A stretch of 57,779 bases of DNA from a bacterium. GTDB taxonomy: Bacteria > Bacillota_I > Bacilli_A > RF39 > UBA660. A model generated the notes under the pieces. It made no database searches and had not been told where the DNA came from. It saw only the letters and a list, made by a program, of their open reading frames with translations. A program made the position numbers and the translations under genes. Within the stretch, counting starts at the first letter, position 1. Each line of letters begins with the position of its first letter. Of this stretch, positions 29,484 to 38,706 are shown in pieces. Location: contig RKAV01000062.1 of the NCBI GenBank assembly GCA_014846175.1, forward strand, positions 1-57,779, given 5' to 3'.

Positions 29484-30214
29484 ATTCTAGAAGACTCCAT
29501 TTAAAGAAAAGTAAGAAATCTAATCCCATTTCTTTTTTATTAGGAACTATTTTCTTCTCATTTATATTAACGATAATTATTATCTTTAAAGCTGGTAAAT
29601 ATTTAGAAGAGTCAATAACTAGTTATGCTACTATTGAAACTAAAAGAGTAGCAACTACTATTTTAAATGATGTAATTAGAAATTATGATTTTACTAAAGA
29701 AGATTTATATAAAATAGTTAAGAATGATTCAAAAGAAGTAGAATTTATTGATTATAATTCTAAAGAAGTTAATGCTATTTTAAATAAAATAAATAAGAAT
29801 GTTACTGATAGATTACTTGAAATAGAAAGCGGAGATACTAAAAACATTTCCTTATCAGATGGGCTTAAAGGTAGGAAATATATCTATTTAAAAAATGGAG
29901 TTGTTTGTGATATACCAATAGGAAGCTTAACAGGTAACTCATTACTTATTAATACTACTATGACTATTCCTATTAGATTTTCTTTTGTAGGAAGTGTTAA
30001 AAGCAATTTAGAAGTAAAGGTAAACTCTTATGGCTTTAATAATGCTTTAGTAGAATTATTCATTATAGTAGAAATAACAGAACAAATAACTCTTCCTCAT
30101 ACCTCTAAAGAAATTAAGGTATCAGCAAATATACCACTTGTTACAGAACTTATTCAAGGAAAAGTACCACTATATTATCAAGGGGGACTAGAAAAAAACT
30201 CTAATATAAGCTAA
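29480..30214 (+). CDS. yunB: sporulation protein YunB-like
   Basis: N-terminal TM helix, then ...IPIGSLTGNSLL...IPIRFSFVGSV... pattern. ATGA overlap with the preceding gene and sigG neighbourhood. Confidence 0.65.
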   Translation: MNSRRLHLKKSKKSNPISFLLGTIFFSFILTIIIIFKAGKYLEESITSYATIETKRVATTILNDVIRNYDFTKEDLYKIVKNDSKEVEFIDYNSKEVNAILNKINKNVTDRLLEIESGDTKNISLSDGLKGRKYIYLKNGVVCDIPIGSLTGNSLLINTTMTIPIRFSFVGSVKSNLEVKVNSYGFNNALVELFIIVEITEQITLPHTSKEIKVSANIPLVTELIQGKVPLYYQGGLEKNSNIS

Positions 30215-30239
30215 AATGTAAGTGGAAAGAGGAAAGTAT

Positions 30240-30509
30240 ATGATAGAGTTTTTTAATAATAAATATGAAATAATAAAGGGAAATGAATATTTTGATAAGG
30301 AATTAGTAGATTCATTACTAACTGATTATTTTGAACCTTATGATTATATTTTAGGAGATTATGCTTATGACAAATTAAGACTAAAGGGTTATTATGATAG
30401 TGATAATAAAAATAGAAATTCAATAAATGATATTAAAGATTTAGATGATTACATAAAAAATTATTGTGCTTATGGTTGTCATTATTTCTTATTAAAAAAG
30501 ATAAAATAG
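30240..30509 (+). CDS. YutD-like protein (DUF1027)
   Basis: FEPYDYILGDYAYDKLRLKGYY is the characteristic DUF1027 core as I recall it. Confidence 0.6.
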   Translation: MIEFFNNKYEIIKGNEYFDKELVDSLLTDYFEPYDYILGDYAYDKLRLKGYYDSDNKNRNSINDIKDLDDYIKNYCAYGCHYFLLKKIK

Positions 30510-30574
30510 AAAAAAGTCTTTCTATTTTTGTTTTTTTGTGTTAATATTAGTTTGTAGAATAGCAAGGGAGGAAG

Positions 30575-30844
30575 ATGTCTATGGAAAATAGTCAAAGAAA
30601 AGTTATGTCAATTGTGCAAGAAGACGGTTCTATTGATGAAGTAGAAGTTGTTATTGCTTTTGAATTTAAAGATACAAAAAAAGAATATGTAGTTTACACT
30701 AAAAATGAAAAAGATGCAAATGGAAATGTTACCGTTTATGTATCTCGTATTGAAAAAAATGGAGAAACTCCACAATTGTTTGGGGTTGATGATGAAACAG
30801 AATGGAATAGGGTAAAAGACGTATTGCGTAAATTATCACAATAA
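30575..30844 (+). CDS. DUF1292-like small acidic protein
   Basis: EDGSIDEVEVVIAFEFKDTKKEYVVYTKNE pattern. SD GGGAGG upstream. Confidence 0.5.
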   Translation: MSMENSQRKVMSIVQEDGSIDEVEVVIAFEFKDTKKEYVVYTKNEKDANGNVTVYVSRIEKNGETPQLFGVDDETEWNRVKDVLRKLSQ

Positions 30845-30861
30845 TAGCGGAGGCATAAAGT

Positions 30862-32523
30862 ATGAGTGAAGAAGAAAAGAAATTAAAAGAAATGGAAGAG
30901 TTTGGGGTAGAGCTAATTTTAAATCCAGGTCAGACTGTAGCAAAGTCTTCTCCAACAAAGCTTAAATTACAAGCTTTAACATTTATTATCATTGGTAAAA
31001 TAGAAAAATATTTTCTAGAGAATAAGTTAGATAAAGTAAAGAAAGCTGCTAAGGAAAGATTAGAACAAAGCAGTTCTATGGCAAAAGAGGAAAGAGAAGC
31101 TTACACTAATGCTATTAATAGTGCTGTTGCAAATTTAGAAAAACAAGTAGCTATATTTAATGAAAATTATAGTAGATTAATTCATAGAGGAAAACGTATG
31201 TTGAAAGTACCAAGCTATAATTTAAATAAATTAGATTTACAAGCTAAAGTAGATACTGTTAAAAATGCTGTAGATATGGTAGAATCTTACAAGAAAATGA
31301 CTGATGTATTTGCTAATACTAAAGCTAACTTTACAGGAGAAAGTAAAGATTCTGAAATATCTAAAGCTGAACAAGAAAATATTAGAAGGTCTGTTTATAA
31401 GGCTTTAAGTGGCTTTAGTGATAAAGAAATTGAAGATTATTCTAGGAAATTTGATGATACTGACAATCATACAATTGACAAGTTTATCAACAAGAAAGAA
31501 AATGATAAAACTAAGGAAGAGGAATTGGATAATTTCTTTGATAGATTTAGTCCAATTAAGAAAGAGAAAAAGTTATCTGATGGAGAATTGAATCAAGCTT
31601 TAAATGGTGGATTTGTAGATTTAGAAAAAAAAGATTTAGGTAAAGCTTTAAATGATGGTAAAGTTGCTACACCTAAACATTTAAGTGATAGTGATTTAGA
31701 TACATCATTAAATAAAAATGAACCTGTTGTGGAAAAGAAAGAATTTTCTAGTATATTCGATGATAAACCTAGTTTAATTGTGCCAGATTGGTTAAAAAAA
31801 GATACTGTTGAAATAGAAAGTAAAAAAGATGAGAAACCAACTGAGATTCCTATCTTTGATAATACTTTAAGTAATGATGATATTGCTTTTTATGCTGATA
31901 AGCTAACAGGTAAGAAAGAAACTACAATTGATGATGATATAGAAAAGACAGCAGAAAGTTTACCTGATGTTGATGATTTGAAAAATCAATTAAATGAATC
32001 TATTAAAGAAATAGAGCAAAAACGTCAAGCTAAAGAAGCTGCTAGAAAAAGTTATGAGCGAGAAAAAGAAGCTAGAGTAAAAGAAGAAGAAGAACTTTCT
32101 CTTAGCAAAAAAGAAAATGAAAACTTACGAAAAGAGCTAGAACGTAAGAAGGAAGAACAAAAAAATATTGATGAACTTAATCAAAGAGTTAAACGTGCAT
32201 TAGAGTATCAAAGACAAATAGAAGAAAATAAAAGAGCTGCTCTTGAAGAAGAGGAAGAAACTAAGAAGTATCAAGAAACTCTTAGACTTGAAAGAGAAAA
32301 TCAAAATAAAGTAGCTGAAGAAAGAGCAAAGGTTCAATCAGAACGTGCTACTTTACAATCAGAAACAACAGATATTGATGCTGTTTTAAGAAAAAAGAAA
32401 GCAATGTTGCAAGAAACAAAAAGACAATTACAGGCTTTTGCTACAACAGATAAAGTGGAAACAGCAAAATATGAAGACTTTTTTGCCCAATTACCACCAT
32501 CAAGACCTGGTAAAGCTAGATAG
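30862..32523 (+). CDS. Lys/Glu-rich coiled-coil protein of unknown function (553 aa)
   Basis: Long ORF with SD GGAGG upstream. The C-terminal third is a highly charged heptad-like sequence (EKEARVKEEEELSLSKKENENLRKELERKKEEQK...). Confidence 0.5.
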   Translation: MSEEEKKLKEMEEFGVELILNPGQTVAKSSPTKLKLQALTFIIIGKIEKYFLENKLDKVKKAAKERLEQSSSMAKEEREAYTNAINSAVANLEKQVAIFNENYSRLIHRGKRMLKVPSYNLNKLDLQAKVDTVKNAVDMVESYKKMTDVFANTKANFTGESKDSEISKAEQENIRRSVYKALSGFSDKEIEDYSRKFDDTDNHTIDKFINKKENDKTKEEELDNFFDRFSPIKKEKKLSDGELNQALNGGFVDLEKKDLGKALNDGKVATPKHLSDSDLDTSLNKNEPVVEKKEFSSIFDDKPSLIVPDWLKKDTVEIESKKDEKPTEIPIFDNTLSNDDIAFYADKLTGKKETTIDDDIEKTAESLPDVDDLKNQLNESIKEIEQKRQAKEAARKSYEREKEARVKEEEELSLSKKENENLRKELERKKEEQKNIDELNQRVKRALEYQRQIEENKRAALEEEEETKKYQETLRLERENQNKVAEERAKVQSERATLQSETTDIDAVLRKKKAMLQETKRQLQAFATTDKVETAKYEDFFAQLPPSRPGKAR

Positions 32524-32576
32524 GGTACTAAAAAATAGTACTCTTTTTTTGCTTACCTTCATACTATTAAATAGAG

Positions 32577-33503
32577 GTGGTTAGAATTAAAAATTTTCTT
32601 AATTATTATTATCACCTTTATCCAGTAGAAATTATCAAAGAAAAAGAAAACTATAAATTTTATTTAAATGATAAATTATATATTCTTTATTTAATAACTA
32701 ATAAAGAACAAGAAGTAAAAGAACAAATTATATTAAATAAAGAACTAGTTTATTATAATTATCCTTCTTTAGTTATAAATAATGTTTTTAATAATAGTTA
32801 TTCACTAATAGAGGGAAAGAATTATATACTTGTTTGTTATAATTTTTCTAATAGAAAAATTATGGAAACTGATCTAACTAAAGATATTTATATTAATAAA
32901 AATAATTATTTAATACTTAATAGAAGTAATTGGTATGATTTATGGTGTAAAAAGGTGGATTATTTTGAATACCAAAAAAACTATATAAAAGATAAATATC
33001 CTTTATTATATAATACTATTGATTATTTTATAGGTTATGCTGAAGTAGCTATTAGTTATTTATCTGAAGTTAATAAAATAATTAAAAGAGATAGTAAAGA
33101 TTATTTAACTATTTGTCATAAAAGAGTTTACTTTAATGATGATTTAAATAACTTTTATAATCCTTTTTCTCTTATTATTGATTATAAAGCTAGAGATGTA
33201 GGGGAATACTTGAAAAGTTTATTATTTTATGGTTATCAAGAAAAGCAAATAAAAGAACTATTATTAGTTATAAATAGTTCTTATCAAAGACATTTATTAA
33301 TGGCTAGAGTATTATTTCCAAGTTTTTATTTTGATTGTTATGAGGATATTATTAATGGTATAACGGGGGAAGAGAAAATAATTAGTATTTTAAATAAAAT
33401 AAAAGATTATGAAGACTTTTTAGTTTATCTTTATAATCTTTTAAGAGAAACTGATTATTTAATCCAAATTGATTTCTTAGAGAAACCTAGTTTGTTTCAT
33501 TAA
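32577..33503 (+). CDS. CotS/YutH-like spore-coat-associated kinase-fold protein (tentative)
   Basis: Call rests mainly on position between the yutD-like and yutI-like genes, as in Bacillus subtilis, and on size. No catalytic motif verified. Confidence 0.35.
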   Translation: MVRIKNFLNYYYHLYPVEIIKEKENYKFYLNDKLYILYLITNKEQEVKEQIILNKELVYYNYPSLVINNVFNNSYSLIEGKNYILVCYNFSNRKIMETDLTKDIYINKNNYLILNRSNWYDLWCKKVDYFEYQKNYIKDKYPLLYNTIDYFIGYAEVAISYLSEVNKIIKRDSKDYLTICHKRVYFNDDLNNFYNPFSLIIDYKARDVGEYLKSLLFYGYQEKQIKELLLVINSSYQRHLLMARVLFPSFYFDCYEDIINGITGEEKIISILNKIKDYEDFLVYLYNLLRETDYLIQIDFLEKPSLFH

Positions 33504-33732
33504 TATTTCTTACTTCTTTAACTTCTTCTATTTCATTCATTATCATTTGTTCAATACCATCTTTTAAAGTAACATCTAAGAAGTCACAGTTAGCACAAGC
33601 ACCACCTAAACTAACATAGACAATACCATCTTTATAACTTATAAAGTCAAGGGTTCCTCCATCACTTACTAAAAAGGGACGTAATTCATCAATTATTTCT
33701 CTTACTCTTATTTCTATTTGTTCATCATTCAT
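33487..33732 (-). CDS. NifU-like (Nfu-type) iron-sulfur cluster scaffold domain protein (YutI-like)
   Basis: IDELRPFLVSDGGTLDFISYKDGIVYVSLGGACANCDFLDVTLKDGIE has the CxxC Nfu motif. SD GGTGA precedes the ATG at 33732. Confidence 0.8.
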   Translation of the reverse strand: MNDEQIEIRVREIIDELRPFLVSDGGTLDFISYKDGIVYVSLGGACANCDFLDVTLKDGIEQMIMNEIEEVKEVRNINETN

Positions 33733-33815
33733 TTTTATCACCAAGACCATTATACGTAAATTAATACTTTTCGTAAAGAAAAAAGTGTGTTATAATTTAT
33801 ATGTGGTGAGAAGTG

Positions 33816-34157
33816 ATGCATGAAAAGTACAAGATTGGTTCTGTTGTACTGGGTTATGTCACTGGTATTAAAGAGTATGGGATTTTTGTTCAATTAGATA
33901 ATAATACAAGCGGTTTAATTCATATTTCAGAGATTTCAAATAAATTTATTAAAGATGTTAATGATTATGCTGCTGTTGGAGAACTTATTAGAGTAAGAAT
34001 TGTAAGGGAAGAAAAAAATAATCATTATTCTTTGAGTACTATGAATCTTGATTATCGTATTACTAAAAAGAGAGGTAGTAGGATAAAAGAGACACCATCA
34101 GGATTTAAAAATTTAGCTATATTTATAGAAAAAATGCTAAAAGATGAAAAAAAATAA
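33816..34157 (+). CDS. S1 RNA-binding domain protein (YugI / general stress protein 13-like)
   Basis: KIGSVVLGYVTGIKEYGIFVQLDNNTSGLIHISEIS is a classic S1 fold signature. Confidence 0.8.
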   Translation: MHEKYKIGSVVLGYVTGIKEYGIFVQLDNNTSGLIHISEISNKFIKDVNDYAAVGELIRVRIVREEKNNHYSLSTMNLDYRITKKRGSRIKETPSGFKNLAIFIEKMLKDEKK

Positions 34158-34175
34158 AAAAAGTTTGCAAAAGTG

Positions 34176-34204
34176 TTGACAATAGTTAAATAAATTGGTA
34201 TATT
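34176..34204 (+). promoter_or_regulatory. sigma-A promoter of the 10-tRNA cluster
   Basis: GCAAAAGTGTTGACA-17 nt-TATATT with an A-rich UP-like stretch upstream. Confidence 0.65.
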
Positions 34205-34226
34205 TAATTTCGTCAAGTGGTTACTT

Positions 34227-34303
34227 GGGCGATTAGCTCAGTTGGTTAGAGCACCTGCCTTACAAGCAGGGGGTCATAGGTTCGAGTCCTATATCGCCCA
34301 CCA
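34227..34303 (+). tRNA. tRNA-Val (anticodon TAC)
   Basis: GGGCGATTAGCTCAGTTGG...CCTTACAAG...GGTTCGAGTCCTATATCGCCCACCA. Confidence 0.9.
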
Positions 34304-34310
34304 TTAAGAT

Positions 34311-34386
34311 GCCGAAATAGCTCAATAGGTAGAGCAACTGATTTGTAATCAGTAGGTTCCGGGTTCGATTCCTGGTTTCGGCACCA
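34311..34386 (+). tRNA. tRNA-Thr (anticodon TGT)
   Basis: GCCGAAATAGCTCAATAGG...GATTTGTAATC...GGTTCGATTCCTGGTTTCGGCACCA. Confidence 0.9.
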
Positions 34387-34403
34387 TTTTATTGTTTATA
34401 GTC

Positions 34404-34487
34404 GGAGAGGTAGCGAAGTGGCTAAACGCGACAGACTGTAAATCTGTTCCTTCGGGTTCGATGGTTCGAATCCATCTCTCTCCACCA
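34404..34487 (+). tRNA. tRNA-Tyr (anticodon GTA)
   Basis: GGAGAGGTAGCGAAGTGG...GACTGTAAATC..., long variable arm, ...GGTTCGAATCCATCTCTCTCCACCA. Confidence 0.9.
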
Positions 34488-34497
34488 TCTTAGTTAT

Positions 34498-34572
34498 TGC
34501 CTCGTAGCCAAGTGGTAAGGCATCAGACTTTGACTCTGACATGCGTTAGTTCGAATCTAACCGAGGCAACCA
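34498..34572 (+). tRNA. tRNA-Gln (anticodon TTG)
   Basis: TGCCTCGTAGCCAAGTGG...GACTTTGACTC...GTTCGAATCTAACCGAGGCAACCA. Confidence 0.9.
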
Positions 34573-34586
34573 TTTTTTAAATATTT

Positions 34587-34662
34587 GATCCGCTAGCTCA
34601 GTCGGTAGAGCATTTGACTTTTAATCAAAGGGTCATGAGTTCGAATCTCATGCGGGTCACCA
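34587..34662 (+). tRNA. tRNA-Lys (anticodon TTT)
   Basis: GATCCGCTAGCTCAGTCGG...GACTTTTAATC...GTTCGAATCTCATGCGGGTCACCA. Confidence 0.9.
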
Positions 34663-34668
34663 TGATGT

Positions 34669-34757
34669 GCCTGAGTGGCGGAATTGGTAGACGCACAGGA
34701 CTTAAAATCCTGCGAAGGTCATACTTCGTGCCGGTTCAAGTCCGGCCTTAGGCACCA
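34669..34757 (+). tRNA. tRNA-Leu (anticodon TAA)
   Basis: GCCTGAGTGGCGGAATTGG...GGACTTAAAATCC..., long variable arm, ...GGTTCAAGTCCGGCCTTAGGCACCA. Confidence 0.9.
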
Positions 34758-34764
34758 TTTATTT

Positions 34765-34857
34765 GGAGGAATACCCAAGTCTGGTTGAAGGGACCGGTCT
34801 TGAAAACCGGGAGGTCGTGCAAACGGCGCAGGGGTTCGAATCCCTTTTCCTCCGCCA
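34765..34857 (+). tRNA. tRNA-Ser (anticodon TGA)
   Basis: GGAGGAATACCCAAGTCTGG...GGTCTTGAAAACC..., long variable arm, ...GGTTCGAATCCCTTTTCCTCCGCCA. Confidence 0.9.
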
Positions 34858-34878
34858 CTTAAATTTATATATTGATAT

Positions 34879-34954
34879 CGCGGGATGGAGCAGTTGGTAG
34901 CTCGTTGGGCTCATAACCCAGAGGCCGGAGGTTCGAGTCCTCCTCCCGCAACCA
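34879..34954 (+). tRNA. initiator tRNA-fMet (anticodon CAT)
   Basis: CGCGGGATGGAGCAG...GGGCTCATAACCC...GGTTCGAGTCCTCCTCCCGCAACCA. The C1-A72 mismatch and three G-C pairs closing the anticodon stem mark an initiator. Confidence 0.85.
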
Positions 34955-34958
34955 TAAT

Positions 34959-35035
34959 GGTTCCGTGGTGCAGCTGGTTAACACGTCTGCCTGTCACGCA
35001 GAAGATCGCGGGTTCGAGCCCCGTCGGAACCGCCA
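34959..35035 (+). tRNA. tRNA-Asp (anticodon GTC)
   Basis: GGTTCCGTGGTGCAGCTGG...GCCTGTCACGC...GGTTCGAGCCCCGTCGGAACCGCCA. Confidence 0.9.
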
Positions 35036-35041
35036 TTATTT

Positions 35042-35117
35042 GGTTTCATAGCTCAGTCGGTAGAGCAAAGGACTGAAAATCCTTGTGTCGGTGGTTCGAT
35101 TCCACCTGGAACCACCA
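35042..35117 (+). tRNA. tRNA-Phe (anticodon GAA)
   Basis: GGTTTCATAGCTCAGTCGG...GGACTGAAAATCC...GGTTCGATTCCACCTGGAACCACCA. Confidence 0.9.
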
Positions 35118-35143
35118 TTCGAGAATTTAAATTATAAATATAA

Positions 35144-35172
35144 AAGATACTTACTTGGTATCTTATTTTTTT
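35144..35172 (+). terminator. terminator of the tRNA cluster
   Basis: AAGATAC-ttacttg-GTATCTT hairpin plus ATTTTTTT. Confidence 0.7.
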
Positions 35173-35254
35173 GTCAAATTGTGTCATCTTTGAAAGAATA
35201 TTTATACATAAATATCATCTCTTGTTATAATTAAATAGAAAGGTGATGATAAAT

Positions 35255-35995
35255 ATGTTTAATGATAAAATAGTTTTAGTAACAGGAGGTACTAGAGGTA
35301 TTGGTTATGCTATAGTAGAAGCATTTTTAAAAGAAAAAGCAAAAGTAATACTTTTTGGTTCGAGAGAAGAAAGTGTTACTAAAGCAATTAATTCTTTAAA
35401 AGATGAAAATAATGAATATAAAGTAGAAGGTTATTTTACTAATTTAGCTAATTTAGAAGAAATGGAAAAAGTAACTAAAGAAATAGCTACTAAATATGGA
35501 AGAATTGATGTTTTAGTAAATAATGCTGGTGTGTCATCAAGTACACCTATAACAAGTTATACAGAAGAAGAATGTGATAAGATTATTAATCTTAATATAA
35601 AAGGCGTATTTGCTACTTCTAAAGCAGTTATTCCATATATGACAGGTGATAACCCATCTATTATAAATGTTAGTTCTATGGTTAGTTTTTATGGACAATC
35701 TAGTGGTTGTTTATATCCAACTAGTAAATTTGCTGTTAATGGTTTAACTAAGAGTCTAGCAAGAGAATTAGGTAAAAAGAAAATAAGAGTAAATGCAGTA
35801 GCACCTGGTATAACAAATACCGATATGGTTAAAAATTTACCTGATGAAATGATTAAACCATTAATCAATATGATACCATTAGGAAGAATTGGTGAACCTG
35901 ATGATATTGCTAATGCTGTTTTATTCTTAGCTAGTGATAAAGCAAGTTATGTAACAGGAACTATTCTTCAAGTAGACGGAGCAATGATGTGTTAA
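35255..35995 (+). CDS. short-chain dehydrogenase/reductase (3-oxoacyl-ACP reductase FabG-like)
   Basis: VTGGTRGIG cofactor motif, NNAG, catalytic YxxxK (YPTSKFAV), C-terminal ASYVTGTILQVDG. Confidence 0.85.
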   Translation: MFNDKIVLVTGGTRGIGYAIVEAFLKEKAKVILFGSREESVTKAINSLKDENNEYKVEGYFTNLANLEEMEKVTKEIATKYGRIDVLVNNAGVSSSTPITSYTEEECDKIINLNIKGVFATSKAVIPYMTGDNPSIINVSSMVSFYGQSSGCLYPTSKFAVNGLTKSLARELGKKKIRVNAVAPGITNTDMVKNLPDEMIKPLINMIPLGRIGEPDDIANAVLFLASDKASYVTGTILQVDGAMMC

Positions 35996-36539
35996 ATAAT
36001 GAAGACTTTTTAAGCTCTTTTTGAATAATAATATACAAAGGAAAAGATTTAGGATGATTATTTAGTAATCTATAAAGATTAGTTAAACTAGATACTCTAG
36101 TGAAAGAATAATTCTTATCTTTCCTTTTTATTATGCTTTTATCTTCATTAATTAAATAACTAGGATAATTAATACCCTTTAAATATTGATAAACAGTAGC
36201 ATCGCTAGTTTCAAAAGAAAATTTTAAATTATTATATCTTTGTATTTCTACTAGAATTAAATCAATAAATAGATTAGTCTTATCATTCATATTAGAAATT
36301 GTTAAGATAAGTTCTTTTTGATAATTTTTAAATAGCTCTAATATTTCCTTAAAAGTATATAAATTAGTACTTTTCTTAATCTCTTTAAAAGTTAAATTAT
36401 TAAAAGATGTATCACTATTAATTACTATAACAACATTATCACTAGTAAGACCTAATCTAATTCTAAAGCCAGTAATACAATTACTTGTTAAGAGAAGTTT
36501 ATCATTATCTTCTATTATGTCATCTATAATTAATTTCAT
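35961..36539 (-). CDS. hypothetical protein (192 aa)
   Basis: ORF convergent with the SDR gene, with a 35-nt 3' overlap. No recognisable motif. Confidence 0.35.
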   Translation of the reverse strand: MKLIIDDIIEDNDKLLLTSNCITGFRIRLGLTSDNVVIVINSDTSFNNLTFKEIKKSTNLYTFKEILELFKNYQKELILTISNMNDKTNLFIDLILVEIQRYNNLKFSFETSDATVYQYLKGINYPSYLINEDKSIIKRKDKNYSFTRVSSLTNLYRLLNNHPKSFPLYIIIQKELKKSSLFNTSLLRLLEE

Positions 36540-36638
36540 AAATAAAATCCTTTCATTTATTAAGACATCTATAATATTTTATGCTTTTAATCTTCAAAAA
36601 GTCCTAAAAATATGATATAATATCAGGCAGAAGAAGAG

Positions 36639-38639
36639 GTGGTAGATGTGGCATTAAAAGATGTTAGAGGTATAGGGCCAAGGTCTTTAGTCCTTTTAAA
36701 TAAAATGGGTATTCAAACAGTAGATGATTTAGTAACCCATTATCCATTTCGTTATGATATTTTGAAAAGAGGATCACTTACTGATACAGTTGATGGTGAT
36801 CATATTATTATAGATGGAAGAATAGAAAGTAGTCCTATTCTTGTAAGATTCAAAGCAGGTCTTAATAAAATGAACTTTAGATTAGTTACATCATCTGGTG
36901 TGGTTGGTATTTCAATATTTAATAGAGCATTTCTAAAGAGTCATTTAGTAGTAGGAACTGGTGTTACAGTAATAGGTAAATTTGATAAGAGAAAGAATGT
37001 TATTACAGCATCAGATATAAAGTTAGAAACGTTATCTGCTAAGATTAAGATAGAACCAGTTTATCATTTAACTAATGGAATTACTAATAAGAATATTTCT
37101 ACTTATATAAATATGGCTTTATTAGGTAATTATAAAGAAATAGTAGATTTTATTCCTTTAGAGTATCAAGAAAAATATAATTTTGTTAATAAAAGAACAG
37201 CGTTAAATATAGTACATAATCCACCTTCTCTTGAAAAGTTAGAAGAAGCAAAGAATAGACTTAAATATGAAGAATTATTTTCTTTTATGTTTAAGATTAA
37301 CTATTTAAAAATGGAGAATAAGAATAAAAATTCTGGTATAAAAAAGGAAATAGATACTAAGAAAATAGATGAGTTTATTAAAACACTTCCTTTTGAACTT
37401 ACAACTGATCAGGAAAAAGCAGTTTCTGATATTGTAAAGGACCTAGCTAGTGAAGGTAAGATGAATAGATTATTACAAGGTGATGTTGGTAGTGGAAAAA
37501 CAATAGTTTCTTTCCTTGCTATATATGCAAATTTTTTAGCAGGATATCAGAGTGCTTTAATGGCTCCTACAGAGATTCTTGCTATGCAACATTATAATAA
37601 TATGAAGGATATTTTTAAAGATATTAATATAAATATTGCTTTATTGACTAGATCAACTAATAAGAAAGAAAAAGACAAGATTTTAACAAGTCTTGCTAAT
37701 AATGAGATAGATGTAATTGTTGGAACTCATTCTTTAATTCAGGAAGAGGTTAAATATAGTAATTTAGGATTAGTTATTACTGATGAACAGCATAGATTTG
37801 GGGTTAATCAACGAGCTAATTTAGAAAATAAGGGTAAGAAACCAGATACTTTATATATGAGTGCTACTCCAATACCTAGAACTTATGCTTTAACAATCTT
37901 TGGTGATATGGATGTATCTACTATTAAAACAAGACCAAAGGGTAGGAAGAAGATACATACGGTAGTAAAAAAAGAAACTGAAATGAAAGATGTTTTGACG
38001 ATGATGTATGAAGAATTAAAACAAGATCATCAGATATATGTAATTGCACCATTAATAGAAGAAAGTGAAAATAGTGATTTAGCTAATGTTAATGAACTTA
38101 AAGATAAGTTAACAGTTGCTTTTGGTAGTAAATATAAGATAGGATTAATTCACGGAAAGATGGCTACAGTGGCTAAAGATAAAATAATGAATGATTTCCT
38201 TCTTAATAAGTGTCAGATTTTAATTAGTACTACAGTTATTGAAGTAGGGGTAGATGTTCCTAATGCTACTATGATGGCTATTTTTGATGCTAATAGATTT
38301 GGACTTTCAACACTTCATCAGTTAAGAGGAAGAGTAGGAAGAAATGATTTACAGTCACATTGTGTTTTAATAAGTAATCAGGATACGGAAAGACTTCATA
38401 TTATGGAGAAGACCACTGATGGGTTTGAAATAAGTGAAGAAGACTTTAAACTAAGAGGACATGGTGATTTATTTGGTACTAAACAAAGTGGTGATATGTC
38501 CTTTAAAATAGCTAATATAAAGAATGATTATTCTATCCTTTTAAGAGCTAGAGAAGATTCTTATCAATACCTCCTAAAGAAGACGGAAGAAGAAAAACAA
38601 TTAAAGATGAAAATTATTGAATCAATTATACATAGTTAA
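36639..38639 (+). CDS. recG: ATP-dependent DNA helicase RecG
   Basis: Wedge domain N-terminus, helicase motif I GDVGSGKT, DEQHRFG (motif II), TATPIPRT-like SATPIPRT, QLRGRVGR motif VI. Confidence 0.9.
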   Translation: MVDVALKDVRGIGPRSLVLLNKMGIQTVDDLVTHYPFRYDILKRGSLTDTVDGDHIIIDGRIESSPILVRFKAGLNKMNFRLVTSSGVVGISIFNRAFLKSHLVVGTGVTVIGKFDKRKNVITASDIKLETLSAKIKIEPVYHLTNGITNKNISTYINMALLGNYKEIVDFIPLEYQEKYNFVNKRTALNIVHNPPSLEKLEEAKNRLKYEELFSFMFKINYLKMENKNKNSGIKKEIDTKKIDEFIKTLPFELTTDQEKAVSDIVKDLASEGKMNRLLQGDVGSGKTIVSFLAIYANFLAGYQSALMAPTEILAMQHYNNMKDIFKDININIALLTRSTNKKEKDKILTSLANNEIDVIVGTHSLIQEEVKYSNLGLVITDEQHRFGVNQRANLENKGKKPDTLYMSATPIPRTYALTIFGDMDVSTIKTRPKGRKKIHTVVKKETEMKDVLTMMYEELKQDHQIYVIAPLIEESENSDLANVNELKDKLTVAFGSKYKIGLIHGKMATVAKDKIMNDFLLNKCQILISTTVIEVGVDVPNATMMAIFDANRFGLSTLHQLRGRVGRNDLQSHCVLISNQDTERLHIMEKTTDGFEISEEDFKLRGHGDLFGTKQSGDMSFKIANIKNDYSILLRAREDSYQYLLKKTEEEKQLKMKIIESIIHS

Positions 38640-38671
38640 GTGTAAAGAAGTGGAAAGTTTCGGAAATAAAA

Positions 38672-38700
38672 TTGACATCTTGGCATTTTTTAGTTATTAT
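38672..38700 (+). promoter_or_regulatory. near-consensus sigma-A promoter downstream of recG
   Basis: TTGACA (38672-38677), 17-nt spacer, TATTAT (38695-38700). Confidence 0.6.
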
Positions 38701-38706
38701 TAAGTT

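Noticed and set aside
34885-35076. 63-aa plus-strand ORF
   Set aside because: It runs through the tRNA-fMet, tRNA-Asp and tRNA-Phe genes. It has no SD and is not a gene.
34176-35172. rRNA operon expected next to the large tRNA cluster
   Set aside because: No 16S, 23S or 5S-like sequence is present. The cluster has its own promoter and terminator and stands alone.
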